Below, piece after piece: positions 42,894 to 53,070 of a stretch of DNA of 64,000 nucleotides. This DNA is from a virus (Duplodnaviria; Heunggongvirae; Uroviricota; Caudoviricetes), in IMG/VR virus record IMGVR_UViG_3300025723_001543, positions 29,307 through 93,306 of that record. One strand, written 5' to 3'. The notes beneath the pieces were generated by a model that had not been told where the DNA came from, made no database searches, and saw only the letters and a list, made by a program, of their open reading frames with translations. Every line of letters begins with the position of its first letter. Position 1 is the first letter of the stretch. The translations under genes and the position numbers were made by a program.

Positions 42894-45800
42894 TTAATAA
42901 AATCCTTTTCCTGCAAAACTAGCATACCACGTTATACCAGAATTAATAGTAAACATTGAAATTAAATCAGCATAATTTGCAGTTATTGAAAATGATGGAG
43001 TCAAATTGCCTTGCCATTTTACATTTGTTGGAAATACTATATTTCTTCCACCAATAGAATCTTGCTTGATTAACATTGCAAGGCTATATGATTTGCCACT
43101 CTTCATTCCAGTATTTGAAAACCCAAGTGTTAGTGTAGGTGCAGAAACAATCATAGTTTGAATATTGCCATTAGCAACATATAATGATAGTGTTGGTGCA
43201 GTAACAGTTCCACAATCATAGACTGTTTCACTGAAATTTACTATTTCAAATGCAGTTCCTATAGTAACATTGTTTACTACTAGATTAGCATTCATAGTAA
43301 CAGTATTTTGAAAAGTTACTTGAGCATTTGGATCAAAGCCACCAATAGAACCAGTATAACCTATTCTTCCTCTGCCAATACCTAACCACACACCTTGATC
43401 TTGAAAATAATAACTGAGAGTTCCATTATTAGTGTCAAACCACAATTGACCATTGACTGGATTTATAGGATATGTAGAAGGAGTTGGCGAAACTGCAGCT
43501 GGACCAGCACTTCCTGTATATCCAACGTAGCCCAAAGAACCTTGATAACCAACAGAACCAAAGTAACCAACTGATCCAGAAAAACCAACAGAACTAGTAT
43601 AACCAACAGAACTTGTATATCCAACGCTTCCTTGATAACCAGCACTTCCCTGATATCCAGCCGAACCAGTAAAACCAACAGAACTAGTATAACCAACAGA
43701 ACTAGTGTAACCAACACTTCCTTGATAACCAGTATCACCCTGTGATCCATTATAACCTACTGATCCAAAATAACCAGTATCACCCTGTGATCCATTATAA
43801 CCTACTGATCCAAAATAACCAGAAGAACCAATATAACCATATTCTCCTCTGTATCCTTCACTGCCCTGATAACCAGTCGAACCTGTAAAACCAACAGAGC
43901 TAGTATAACCAACAGAACTAGTATAACCTACCGATCCTTGATACCCAACAGAGCTAGTATAACCAACAGAACTAGTATAACCAATGCTTCCTTGATATCC
44001 AGTTGTTCCTCTATCGCCAGCACTTCCTTGATATCCAACAACACCCTGTGAACCAATATACCCCATTGATCCAACATAACCAATACCCTGCGATCCAACG
44101 TATCCAGTATCGCCTTTATCACCTTTGTCACCAGTTCTAGCAAAAGTAATAATAACTTCTAAGTTATTAGCAAATGATCCAGTACCAGAAACATAAGTTA
44201 TAGGAACATAAGAATATGAAGATGCTTGAGTATGAGTTCCAACAATAGAAAATAAAGCAAAGTTTTCGGTATTTGCTTTTTCTGTTATGGTAAAGTGACC
44301 TTTGATAGTAGATGTAGAATCGTCAATGGTCTGTAAGTAATTTCCTACTGGTATAGCATTGATATCTTCATTGTTAATATAAAGAAATGAAGATAGAGTT
44401 ATATCAGTCGTATTAAGTTTTAAATAACCAACATTTGTTTCAGATGCTGATGTGTCAGTATCAAATCTATAGTCAAACGCAGCGCCACCAAATGTTCCTT
44501 GTGGACCTTGAGAACCAGCATAGCCCTGTGATCCATCATATCCTACAACACCTTGAGAACCAATATAACTAGTTATTCCTCGTGATCCAGTATATCCAAT
44601 AGAACCAGTATAGCCATTTACAATAAGAATAGGCATAGTTACTAGCCAGTTATCAAATTGCTGACCAGAATTAGAAACTTGTGATATTCTTATATAAACG
44701 CCTCTACTATCCTTTGCACCCAAAGGAATAGATGTTACTGTAAATGTTTTCCATCCATCATTTTGATATAAAGCTGGATCGATATATCCCATCGAAGTCC
44801 AACTTATACCATCAACAGAATAGTCTATACTTAATCCTTCGTTAAGGTTTGGTAACTCCCCCCATATTCCGCCGCCTTTATAAAAATCAAAAGTAATACC
44901 AGAATAGATATTTAAATAACGTTTAAATGCCGATACTATTGATCTAGAAAAATTATTACCAAACCATGCAACATTTCCAATATGACTTGTTGGCGAAGAT
45001 ATAAAATTACTTACATCATCTACGATAGTGTTATTTAATGTAAATGTATCTGGATTATCAAAATCCATAAGTCTTTCAAAATAAGTTGAACCAGACGAAC
45101 CACGATATCCTATTGAACCAGTATATCCTAATGATCCAGCATATCCTTTTGATCCAGCAAACCCGACAGAACCAGTATAACCAATCGAACCAGTATATCC
45201 TAATGATCCAGCATATCCTTTAGAGCCAACATATCCCATGGAAGATGTAGGAACGAAAACTACATCTACCGGAGTGTTAGGGAATATACCATTATAATCA
45301 CCAGATACATATTGAACAGTTAATGGAACATAATTATATTGCGAGCTAGAAATTGTTACAAGAGAAGTATTATCTATAACATTATAAACAAGAACATTTC
45401 CATTTGTTATGGAACTGATATATAATTGACCTTTTATTAAATTTGAAACATTATTTACAAAATTTATTAATGTACTTGGCACATAAACATTAAATAAATC
45501 ATATTGATTCAATTCAATTCTAGTAACTAATGATGGGTCTGAATTATTAAATTGTAAATGATTTGGAAGGGCAAAACTGAAATTTCCTCCAATTCCTTGT
45601 CCAGCCCCAGCCATTCCTATAAATCTAAACCCAGTAGTTCTACCTAATGAACCAGTATAACCAATAACACCTTGTGAACCAACATATCCAACAATTCCTT
45701 GTGAACCAGTGTAACCTAATGATCCATCATAACCTAATGATCCTGTATAACCAATAACACCTTTTGAACCAGTATAACTTTGCGAGCCAGTATAACCAAT

Positions 45801-48800
45801 AACACCTTGTGAACCAACATACCCTGTTGTACCTTGCGGACCAGCAACCATACTTGCAGAACCAGTAAACCCAATCGAACCAGTATATGCTCTTGATCCA
45901 TCATAACCTAATGGACCTTGAATACCTTGAATGCCTTGATTGCCTTTTGATCCAGCATAACCTGTTGGTCCAGTTGCACCAGCCAACGTAAAAATGATAT
46001 CCGATTGTCCAAATGCATATGGCGCACCATTCCAGCCACTGACAAATTCAACAGAAAATTTAAAATAATAATGTGATGGAGCAGGATTTACTAAATCTGC
46101 AACTGCTGAACTTGTTACTCGAAATATGGTAGAATATACAGGAGAATCTTTACTAGCTATAACTAGTAAACCTCTTACTGAAGTGTTTATCGAATTAATA
46201 AGAGAACCAAGATATTGCCATGCATAAATTCCTGCAGTATCATAAACATTAAACTCAAGACTTGTTGAGTTTAATAAAGATGCATCATTAAATTGCATAT
46301 CTCCAGCTTCAACAACTTGTCCTGTCGCATAAGTTCCTACAGACCCACCAGACCCGCCAATATAATAAGAAACAGACCCACCTGTTCTACCAGCAATACC
46401 TTGCGAACCAACAAACCCAGTTCCGCCTTGTGAACCAGCATATGCTCTTGATCCGGTAAATCCTGTTCCACCAGTATTTCCTTGTGAACCAACAAATCCT
46501 GTTCCACCTCTTGAACCAGAATACCCTATTTCACCTTTTGAACCAGTATATCCTAATCCACCTTGAGGACCAACTGCAGTACTTGCAGAACCAGTATATC
46601 CAGAACCTTGTGAACCAACATACCCTACTGCTCCAGAAGAACCTTGTGATCCAGCATATCCTGTAATACCCTGTGATCCTTGTGAACCAACAAATCCTGT
46701 TCCACCTTGTAAACCAGTATCACCTTTTGAACCGGAATCACCTTTCGAACCAGTATAACTTTGCGAACCAGAATACCCGATAACACCTTTTGAACCAGTA
46801 TATCCTACACCCTGTGATCCAGCATATCCAACTGATCCAACATCACCTTTTGAACCAGTATATCCAACTCCAACTGAACCTGAATAACCTACACCCTGTG
46901 ATCCAGCATATCCAACTGATCCAACATCACCTTTTGAACCAGTATATCCAACTCCAACTGAACCTGAATAACCTACACCCTGTGATCCAACATATCCCAA
47001 TGAACCAGAGAAACCTATAATTCCTCTTGAACCAGTATATCCCACACCCTGAGAACCATCATAACCTAATGAACCGGTATATCCTGTTCCACCTAATACG
47101 CCATCTTTTCCTGCAGAACCAGTATATCCTGATGATCCGACATATCCATCTCCAGATGAACCGGCATAACCAATACCAATTGATCCAGTATAACCTAATG
47201 ATCCAACGTATCCTAGTGATCCAACATACCCTGTATTTCCAGTAAATCCTCTTGGTCCAGTATCGCCTTTTGAACCAGAGTAACCAATACCTTGTGAACC
47301 AACATATCCAACAATACCTTGAGAACCATCGTATCCTTGTGCTGCAGCTTGGCCGGGAATACCTTGAGAACCAGCATATCCTAATTCACCTTGATACCCC
47401 GGTGGTCCTTCAACGCCTTGATCACCCTGTGAACCAGTAAATCCGGTTGGACCTGCACTTCCATATGAACCAACAAATCCTGTCGATCCAGCATAACCTA
47501 ATGATCCAGTATATCCTTGATCAGCTGCAGCGCCAGCTTCTCCTTTAGAACCAGTATATCCTACAACACCATCGATGCCCGCTCTTCCTTCAGAACCAAC
47601 AAATCCTGTAGAACCAAAAAAACCTGTTAATCCTTTTGAACCGGTATATCCAATACCTTTAGAACCAGAAAATCCTATTGGACCTGCGCTTCCTTGCGAA
47701 CCAGCATATCCAGTATCACCACCAGCATTTCCATCTGGTCCTTGATTGCCAGTAGAACCTGTATAACCGGTATTACCTAATAAACCAACTGATCCTTGAT
47801 AACCAACATTTCCTTGTGAACCTACAAATCCAGAATGACCTCGTGAACCATCAAACCCTGTAGAACCTTGATATCCTACAGAACCATCATACCCCGGTCC
47901 ACCAAATCCTATAGGACCAGCTGGTCCTTGATTGCCAGTAGAACCTTGATAACCGACATCACCTTGTGAGCCAAAATACCCTTCTGAACCTCTATATCCT
48001 GTTAGTCCATGGAATCCTACAGAACCTTGATAGCCAACATCACCTTGTGATCCAGAATAAGCAACACCAGCCGAACCTGTATAACCAGCTGGCGCATCTA
48101 TCATCAAACTAGTTATAAGATAATTATCTTTTCCTGGTCCACTATTTGCATTTTGAATATAACGGAAATATACACCCTTTAAAGTTTTTGCACCATCAGG
48201 AATTTTAAATGTTATTGGATTCCATTGACCAATAACCATTTTTGATAAATCAATAGTAAATGCAGTTACCCAACCAGCTGTTATATTATAATCTAATGAA
48301 TATTCAATAATGATTGGATTTGCTGGAACACCACCCCAGACGCTATCACCGGGGAAAAATGAAAATGAAAGAGTAGAAAATCCATTCAAATAAGTTTTTA
48401 TTAATGATTCAACAGTTCTTTCATATGAAAAATTATCTGTTGGTCCATCAAAAAATGCTACATTTCCAATATTAGAATCATCAATAGTGTTTCCAAGAGT
48501 TGATTTATAATTTGTAGCAATATCAACTGCAGTTCCATGTAAAAGAACATAAGATGAAGGAACATCAAGATCGATTGCTGTTGTTGAACTAGAACCTCTT
48601 GGTCCAGTTATTCCTATAGCACCTTGAGCGCCTCTAGAACCTATGTAACCTACTGCACCTCTATCACCATGCGAACCAGTGAATCCAGCTGCACCATTAA
48701 ATCCTCGATCACCTTTAGAACCAGCATATCCTCTATCACCACCGGGTGGTCCTTGAACACCAATAGAACCTTTATAACCAACTGATCCGACAGAACCTTG

Positions 48801-49046
48801 ATAGCCAACATCACCTTGTGATCCGGTATAATTTATACCAGCAGAACCAGTATAGCCAACACCAATAGAACCAGTATATCCTGAAGAACCATCATAACCT
48901 AATGATCCTACGTATCCAGTAGAACCAGTAAACCCAACATCTGATTGTAATTTAAGCCAACGTTCACCATCCCATTCCCATGTGGCACCACCTGTTGTGG
49001 TTTGATCACCAATCTGTGGATTGGGTGGAAAGAACATATTTACCAT
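42894..49046 (-). CDS. 2050-aa GYxGS-repeat fibre protein with two reelin-like jelly-roll domains
   Basis: FP.NP...TWEWDGERW N-terminus; globular domains interleaved with GYxGS runs; C-terminal adaptor domain. Confidence 0.85.
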   Translation of the reverse strand: MVNMFFPPNPQIGDQTTTGGATWEWDGERWLKLQSDVGFTGSTGYVGSLGYDGSSGYTGSIGVGYTGSAGINYTGSQGDVGYQGSVGSVGYKGSIGVQGPPGGDRGYAGSKGDRGFNGAAGFTGSHGDRGAVGYIGSRGAQGAIGITGPRGSSSTTAIDLDVPSSYVLLHGTAVDIATNYKSTLGNTIDDSNIGNVAFFDGPTDNFSYERTVESLIKTYLNGFSTLSFSFFPGDSVWGGVPANPIIIEYSLDYNITAGWVTAFTIDLSKMVIGQWNPITFKIPDGAKTLKGVYFRYIQNANSGPGKDNYLITSLMIDAPAGYTGSAGVAYSGSQGDVGYQGSVGFHGLTGYRGSEGYFGSQGDVGYQGSTGNQGPAGPIGFGGPGYDGSVGYQGSTGFDGSRGHSGFVGSQGNVGYQGSVGLLGNTGYTGSTGNQGPDGNAGGDTGYAGSQGSAGPIGFSGSKGIGYTGSKGLTGFFGSTGFVGSEGRAGIDGVVGYTGSKGEAGAAADQGYTGSLGYAGSTGFVGSYGSAGPTGFTGSQGDQGVEGPPGYQGELGYAGSQGIPGQAAAQGYDGSQGIVGYVGSQGIGYSGSKGDTGPRGFTGNTGYVGSLGYVGSLGYTGSIGIGYAGSSGDGYVGSSGYTGSAGKDGVLGGTGYTGSLGYDGSQGVGYTGSRGIIGFSGSLGYVGSQGVGYSGSVGVGYTGSKGDVGSVGYAGSQGVGYSGSVGVGYTGSKGDVGSVGYAGSQGVGYTGSKGVIGYSGSQSYTGSKGDSGSKGDTGLQGGTGFVGSQGSQGITGYAGSQGSSGAVGYVGSQGSGYTGSASTAVGPQGGLGYTGSKGEIGYSGSRGGTGFVGSQGNTGGTGFTGSRAYAGSQGGTGFVGSQGIAGRTGGSVSYYIGGSGGSVGTYATGQVVEAGDMQFNDASLLNSTSLEFNVYDTAGIYAWQYLGSLINSINTSVRGLLVIASKDSPVYSTIFRVTSSAVADLVNPAPSHYYFKFSVEFVSGWNGAPYAFGQSDIIFTLAGATGPTGYAGSKGNQGIQGIQGPLGYDGSRAYTGSIGFTGSASMVAGPQGTTGYVGSQGVIGYTGSQSYTGSKGVIGYTGSLGYDGSLGYTGSQGIVGYVGSQGVIGYTGSLGRTTGFRFIGMAGAGQGIGGNFSFALPNHLQFNNSDPSLVTRIELNQYDLFNVYVPSTLINFVNNVSNLIKGQLYISSITNGNVLVYNVIDNTSLVTISSSQYNYVPLTVQYVSGDYNGIFPNTPVDVVFVPTSSMGYVGSKGYAGSLGYTGSIGYTGSVGFAGSKGYAGSLGYTGSIGYRGSSGSTYFERLMDFDNPDTFTLNNTIVDDVSNFISSPTSHIGNVAWFGNNFSRSIVSAFKRYLNIYSGITFDFYKGGGIWGELPNLNEGLSIDYSVDGISWTSMGYIDPALYQNDGWKTFTVTSIPLGAKDSRGVYIRISQVSNSGQQFDNWLVTMPILIVNGYTGSIGYTGSRGITSYIGSQGVVGYDGSQGYAGSQGPQGTFGGAAFDYRFDTDTSASETNVGYLKLNTTDITLSSFLYINNEDINAIPVGNYLQTIDDSTSTIKGHFTITEKANTENFALFSIVGTHTQASSYSYVPITYVSGTGSFANNLEVIITFARTGDKGDKGDTGYVGSQGIGYVGSMGYIGSQGVVGYQGSAGDRGTTGYQGSIGYTSSVGYTSSVGYQGSVGYTSSVGYTSSVGFTGSTGYQGSEGYRGEYGYIGSSGYFGSVGYNGSQGDTGYFGSVGYNGSQGDTGYQGSVGYTSSVGYTSSVGFTGSAGYQGSAGYQGSVGYTSSVGYTSSVGFSGSVGYFGSVGYQGSLGYVGYTGSAGPAAVSPTPSTYPINPVNGQLWFDTNNGTLSYYFQDQGVWLGIGRGRIGYTGSIGGFDPNAQVTFQNTVTMNANLVVNNVTIGTAFEIVNFSETVYDCGTVTAPTLSLYVANGNIQTMIVSAPTLTLGFSNTGMKSGKSYSLAMLIKQDSIGGRNIVFPTNVKWQGNLTPSFSITANYADLISMFTINSGITWYASFAGKGFY

Positions 49047-50480
49047 TTATGTATGTAGTCCTCTAATAGGAATAACTAATTCTCTAAACGTTGAATCCAT
49101 TGCTGTTAAACCAAGGTCATCAATGTATTTATTTGCAATTTTAATAGCTCCTAATTGATTTGGATGAAGACCATCTGATTGATATAAATTTGAAGTCATA
49201 TTCAATGTACTCAAATCTACGCAATGCAATTTTAAATTATTTGCTACATTTTTTACTGCTTTAGCATAATTAGCATAAGGTTCTACTTGTGGAAATCCAG
49301 TATTAGTTGGTATAAGAGGAACAGTTAAAACAACATCAACACTTGGAATAATTTCATGTAATTGAGAATCTGTTGATGCAGTCATCAATTCAGTTGCTAA
49401 TTGTGTTAAATCAGCTTGATACTGTGCAGAAGTTTTATTTCTTGTAAGAATATCATTGATTCCAGCTGAAATTACAACTGTTGGTTTTGCATTACCATTT
49501 GATGGGTCATCATAAAATGTTTTATACATAATACTTCTTTTTATTTCATCCGATTTACCAAGATAATCTTCTATTGCATAAGAATTTCTTCCCATTACTT
49601 GTATTTGTATATTTGAAAATTCTGAACCTACATAAGGAGAATAATTAAATGAAATTGAATATATTTTTAAATTTCCAATTGTAGTTTGTATTTTAATGTG
49701 ATCTACAGTTACTGTAGAAGTTGATGGTATACCTGTAGGAATTGAATGATATGGCTCAACAATACTATTTGGACTAGATGTGTTAGTGGTAGTCGAAAAT
49801 GCGTATTCATATAAATTTACATTATTTGAATCATAAAAAGATATAGTCCCAGCACTAGGAAAAGTTCCAGCAGGAACAAAAGAATTGCCTTGATATCCAC
49901 CAAGAACAATATAAAAATATTTTGTGTTTATACTATTTAAAAAAATGGATATATATTCATTTTCAGGAATCTGTATCATTGGATCACGATATGAAGAATT
50001 TTTAGTTCCTTTGAAACCAGAAAATGGACCTTCGTTTATATACTGAACGCCAGATGATGCAGTAAATTTAACATTTCCATTAAATCCTCCATTAAATGGA
50101 TTATCAGTTCCATCATCATACATTAATGTTCTTGTAACACCTGTTACTGACATTGGAGACCAAAATCCAAAAGCACCATCATTTGTTCTTACTCCATCCA
50201 CATGTTGTTGAATTATCTGCGACCATTGTTGAAATAATGGTAAACCATTCCCCCATGTTATGGAATCACCTAAAAAAACTATACTTTTTGAAAAATTATC
50301 AACATATGCTGGTTTTTGATAAATTTGTTGCCAAACACCATTTACATTTACCCAACCAGAATTCATATTTTCCCATTTTCCATTAATATTATAACTGACG
50401 GAAGTAGATTCTGAAGAATTTACTTTAGGAGCAAGTGGAATAAACTCGCCATTTTCACTTATAAAAAAATATATTGGCAT
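49047..50480 (-). CDS. SGNH/GDSL-type esterase with a fibre-attachment N-terminus
   Basis: Blocks LGDSITWG, G, AGIND and DGLHPN; N-terminal NGKW...GWVNVNGVWQQ motif. Confidence 0.88.
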   Translation of the reverse strand: MPIYFFISENGEFIPLAPKVNSSESTSVSYNINGKWENMNSGWVNVNGVWQQIYQKPAYVDNFSKSIVFLGDSITWGNGLPLFQQWSQIIQQHVDGVRTNDGAFGFWSPMSVTGVTRTLMYDDGTDNPFNGGFNGNVKFTASSGVQYINEGPFSGFKGTKNSSYRDPMIQIPENEYISIFLNSINTKYFYIVLGGYQGNSFVPAGTFPSAGTISFYDSNNVNLYEYAFSTTTNTSSPNSIVEPYHSIPTGIPSTSTVTVDHIKIQTTIGNLKIYSISFNYSPYVGSEFSNIQIQVMGRNSYAIEDYLGKSDEIKRSIMYKTFYDDPSNGNAKPTVVISAGINDILTRNKTSAQYQADLTQLATELMTASTDSQLHEIIPSVDVVLTVPLIPTNTGFPQVEPYANYAKAVKNVANNLKLHCVDLSTLNMTSNLYQSDGLHPNQLGAIKIANKYIDDLGLTAMDSTFRELVIPIRGLHT

Positions 50481-53005
50481 TATACTGTATACCTATACCA
50501 AAAATCTCCATTATTACCACCAGATGGTAATAAAGTAGAAACAGTTATTCCTGAAGTTCCTGCAGAGCCAGTGTATCCAAGATTACTACTTCCACCACCA
50601 GTTCCAGAAGAACCGGTGTATCCAATAACACCAATAGAACCTGTATAACCAATACCTTTAGAACCTGTATAACCTATTGAGCCTGTATACCCATTTCCAG
50701 TTCCACCACCAGTTCCAGATGATCCTGTATATCCAACACCAATAGAACCAGTATATCCTACTGATCCAGTTCCACTGCTACCAGATGATCCTGTATATCC
50801 AACTGGACCCGCAACAGTACTAGGAAGACCAATAGAACCAACATATCCTACCGATCCAGTATATGCTTGTGAACCCGTATATCCAAGATTTCCTTGTGAT
50901 CCGGTATATCCAATGTACCCCTGTGATCCAGTATATCCATATGACCCAGTATATCCATATGATCCAGTATAACCATATGATCCAGTATATCCAATGTACC
51001 CCTGTGATCCAGTATATCCATATGACCCAGTATATCCATATGATCCAGTATAACCATATGATCCAGTATATCCTAGAGAACCACTATATCCTCTTAGACC
51101 TCTTGGACCTTCAGCGATACCAACCCATGTTGTATCTTCGCCATAATAAATGTTTAGAATACCATTATTAGTATCCCACCATAATTCGCCATCAAGTCTA
51201 TCAATAAGAGGTGGAGCATCCGGTCCCATATAAACAAGTGCAAGACCAGATGATCCATAATATCCAACTGATCCTCGATAACCTGCACTTCCTTTATACC
51301 CTACAGAACCTGTATACCCTGTTTCTCCGATTCCACCAGCAGAACCAGTGAAACCAAAACTTCCTTGTATACCAGTCGATCCAACATAACCAACATCACC
51401 CAACGAACCAGTATATCCTCTGGGTCCACCGGGATCACCCGTCGATCCTTTGTAACCAACACTTCCAGTATAACCACTAGAACCAATATAATTTTGAGTA
51501 AAATATTTTACTTCAATATCCGAAAGATCATATGGTGAAAAATTAATTGTTAGTTGATTGCCACTTACTGTATAATCTTTTTCTGGAACAAGAACTAACC
51601 CGTTAACCATGACAAGTATAATTTTACTATTTAATACGGTTCTTTTTAATGTGAATACAGCATTTACTCCGTTACCAGTAAATGTTTCACTATCATTTGG
51701 TCCACCAGCTGGTCCAGTTAAACCAATAATTCCTTGTGAACCAACAAATCCAGTATTTCCAAATGAACCTGTATATCCTCTGGGTCCACCGGGATCACCA
51801 ACTGATCCTTTATAACCAAGCGAACCTTGATATCCTGCAGAACCAATAAATCCAACTGATCCTTGATAACCTGCACTTCCTTTGTACCCTACAGAACCGG
51901 TATAGCCTGTTGATCCAGAAAAACCAGCAATATCAAAAAATCTTATTTCTATCTCTGAATTGTCAGCTGGTGTATTAAGAATAGTTACTGTATTATTATT
52001 AGTAATGATATAATCTCTTGTTGGTACTTGAACAAGACCATTTATCATAACAAATATGTTTGATGGGTCTGAAACAATCATAGAAATATTAAAATCTTTT
52101 AATATTCCATTGCCCACAAATGTTTTAGTAACTCTAGGTGCGCCAATTGCTCCAATCAATCCTTGTGATCCAGAAAATCCTGTAGAGCCAGTATTTCCAA
52201 ATGAACCTGTATAACCTCTAGGTCCACCGGGATCACCAGTCGATCCTTTGTAACCAAGCGAACCTTGATATCCTGCAGAACCAATAAATCCAACTGATCC
52301 TTGATACCCAACTGAACCTTGATAACCCAATGACCCTTGATAACCAGCAACACCTTGTGATGGGCCAAAATATCTTATTTCTAAGTCTTCATCAATTTCA
52401 GGTGGAATAGTAAATATTATTTCGTTTCCATAAATAGTATAATCTATATTTGGAACTTGCACAAGCCCATTAAGCATAACAAGAATAGAATTTGCACCAT
52501 CAGGTGCTTCTGTCAAAGAATATGTTCCAGAATCAGTTGATTGAACTTTATAATGCTCGCTATTTCTTGGTGCAGATGCGCCCACAGAACCAGCATATCC
52601 AATAATAGATGATCCAGAGTAACCTATATTTCCAACGGAACCAGTATATCCTGTTGGTCCTCCTGGTGCGCCTTTTGATCCAACAGAACCAGAATAACCA
52701 ACGATTCCTCGTGAACCAATATACCCAACACTCCCTTTATAGCCAATAGAACCAAAATATCCAACTGACCCTTGATATCCTATATCATTTATGCTATAAT
52801 AACGTACTTCAATTAAAGAAGCATTTGATGGTGCTCTTGTAAAAGAAACATCATAGTAAAGGGCTGTATAATCAATATCTGGTGCTTGAATTAGACCATT
52901 GACACTTACGATAATATTGCTAGAATTAGCTTCAAGTATTCCCGTATTAAATCTAGTGTTTAGTCCATCACCTGTAAATGATATACTATATGATTCTAAT
53001 GCCAT
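50480..53005 (-). CDS. GYxGS-repeat protein with four small Ig-like VNGL.Q.P..DY domains
   Basis: Four copies of F.G.G...F....VNGL.Q.P..DY...IE.RY separated by GYxGS runs; GELWWDT module. Confidence 0.85.
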   Translation of the reverse strand: MALESYSISFTGDGLNTRFNTGILEANSSNIIVSVNGLIQAPDIDYTALYYDVSFTRAPSNASLIEVRYYSINDIGYQGSVGYFGSIGYKGSVGYIGSRGIVGYSGSVGSKGAPGGPTGYTGSVGNIGYSGSSIIGYAGSVGASAPRNSEHYKVQSTDSGTYSLTEAPDGANSILVMLNGLVQVPNIDYTIYGNEIIFTIPPEIDEDLEIRYFGPSQGVAGYQGSLGYQGSVGYQGSVGFIGSAGYQGSLGYKGSTGDPGGPRGYTGSFGNTGSTGFSGSQGLIGAIGAPRVTKTFVGNGILKDFNISMIVSDPSNIFVMINGLVQVPTRDYIITNNNTVTILNTPADNSEIEIRFFDIAGFSGSTGYTGSVGYKGSAGYQGSVGFIGSAGYQGSLGYKGSVGDPGGPRGYTGSFGNTGFVGSQGIIGLTGPAGGPNDSETFTGNGVNAVFTLKRTVLNSKIILVMVNGLVLVPEKDYTVSGNQLTINFSPYDLSDIEVKYFTQNYIGSSGYTGSVGYKGSTGDPGGPRGYTGSLGDVGYVGSTGIQGSFGFTGSAGGIGETGYTGSVGYKGSAGYRGSVGYYGSSGLALVYMGPDAPPLIDRLDGELWWDTNNGILNIYYGEDTTWVGIAEGPRGLRGYSGSLGYTGSYGYTGSYGYTGSYGYTGSQGYIGYTGSYGYTGSYGYTGSYGYTGSQGYIGYTGSQGNLGYTGSQAYTGSVGYVGSIGLPSTVAGPVGYTGSSGSSGTGSVGYTGSIGVGYTGSSGTGGGTGNGYTGSIGYTGSKGIGYTGSIGVIGYTGSSGTGGGSSNLGYTGSAGTSGITVSTLLPSGGNNGDFWYRYTV

Positions 53006-53024
53006 AGTGATTCCATTTTTTCTG

Positions 53025-53054
53025 CATAAATATACACATGATCCTTTATTTATG
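53025..53054. promoter_or_regulatory. Face-to-face late promoters: CATAAATA on plus (53025-53032) and on minus (53047-53054)
   Basis: Perfect 8-bp inverted repeat with a 14-nt spacer in the divergent intergenic gap. Confidence 0.65.
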
Positions 53055-53070
53055 ATAACGTGAGGTAGTT

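Noticed and set aside
27224-52368. Many alternative-frame and antisense ORFs (ILVIQ-, LDHK-, NQY-rich) over the GYxGS genes
   Set aside because: They are shadow frames produced by the repeats, with low-complexity products and no RBS.
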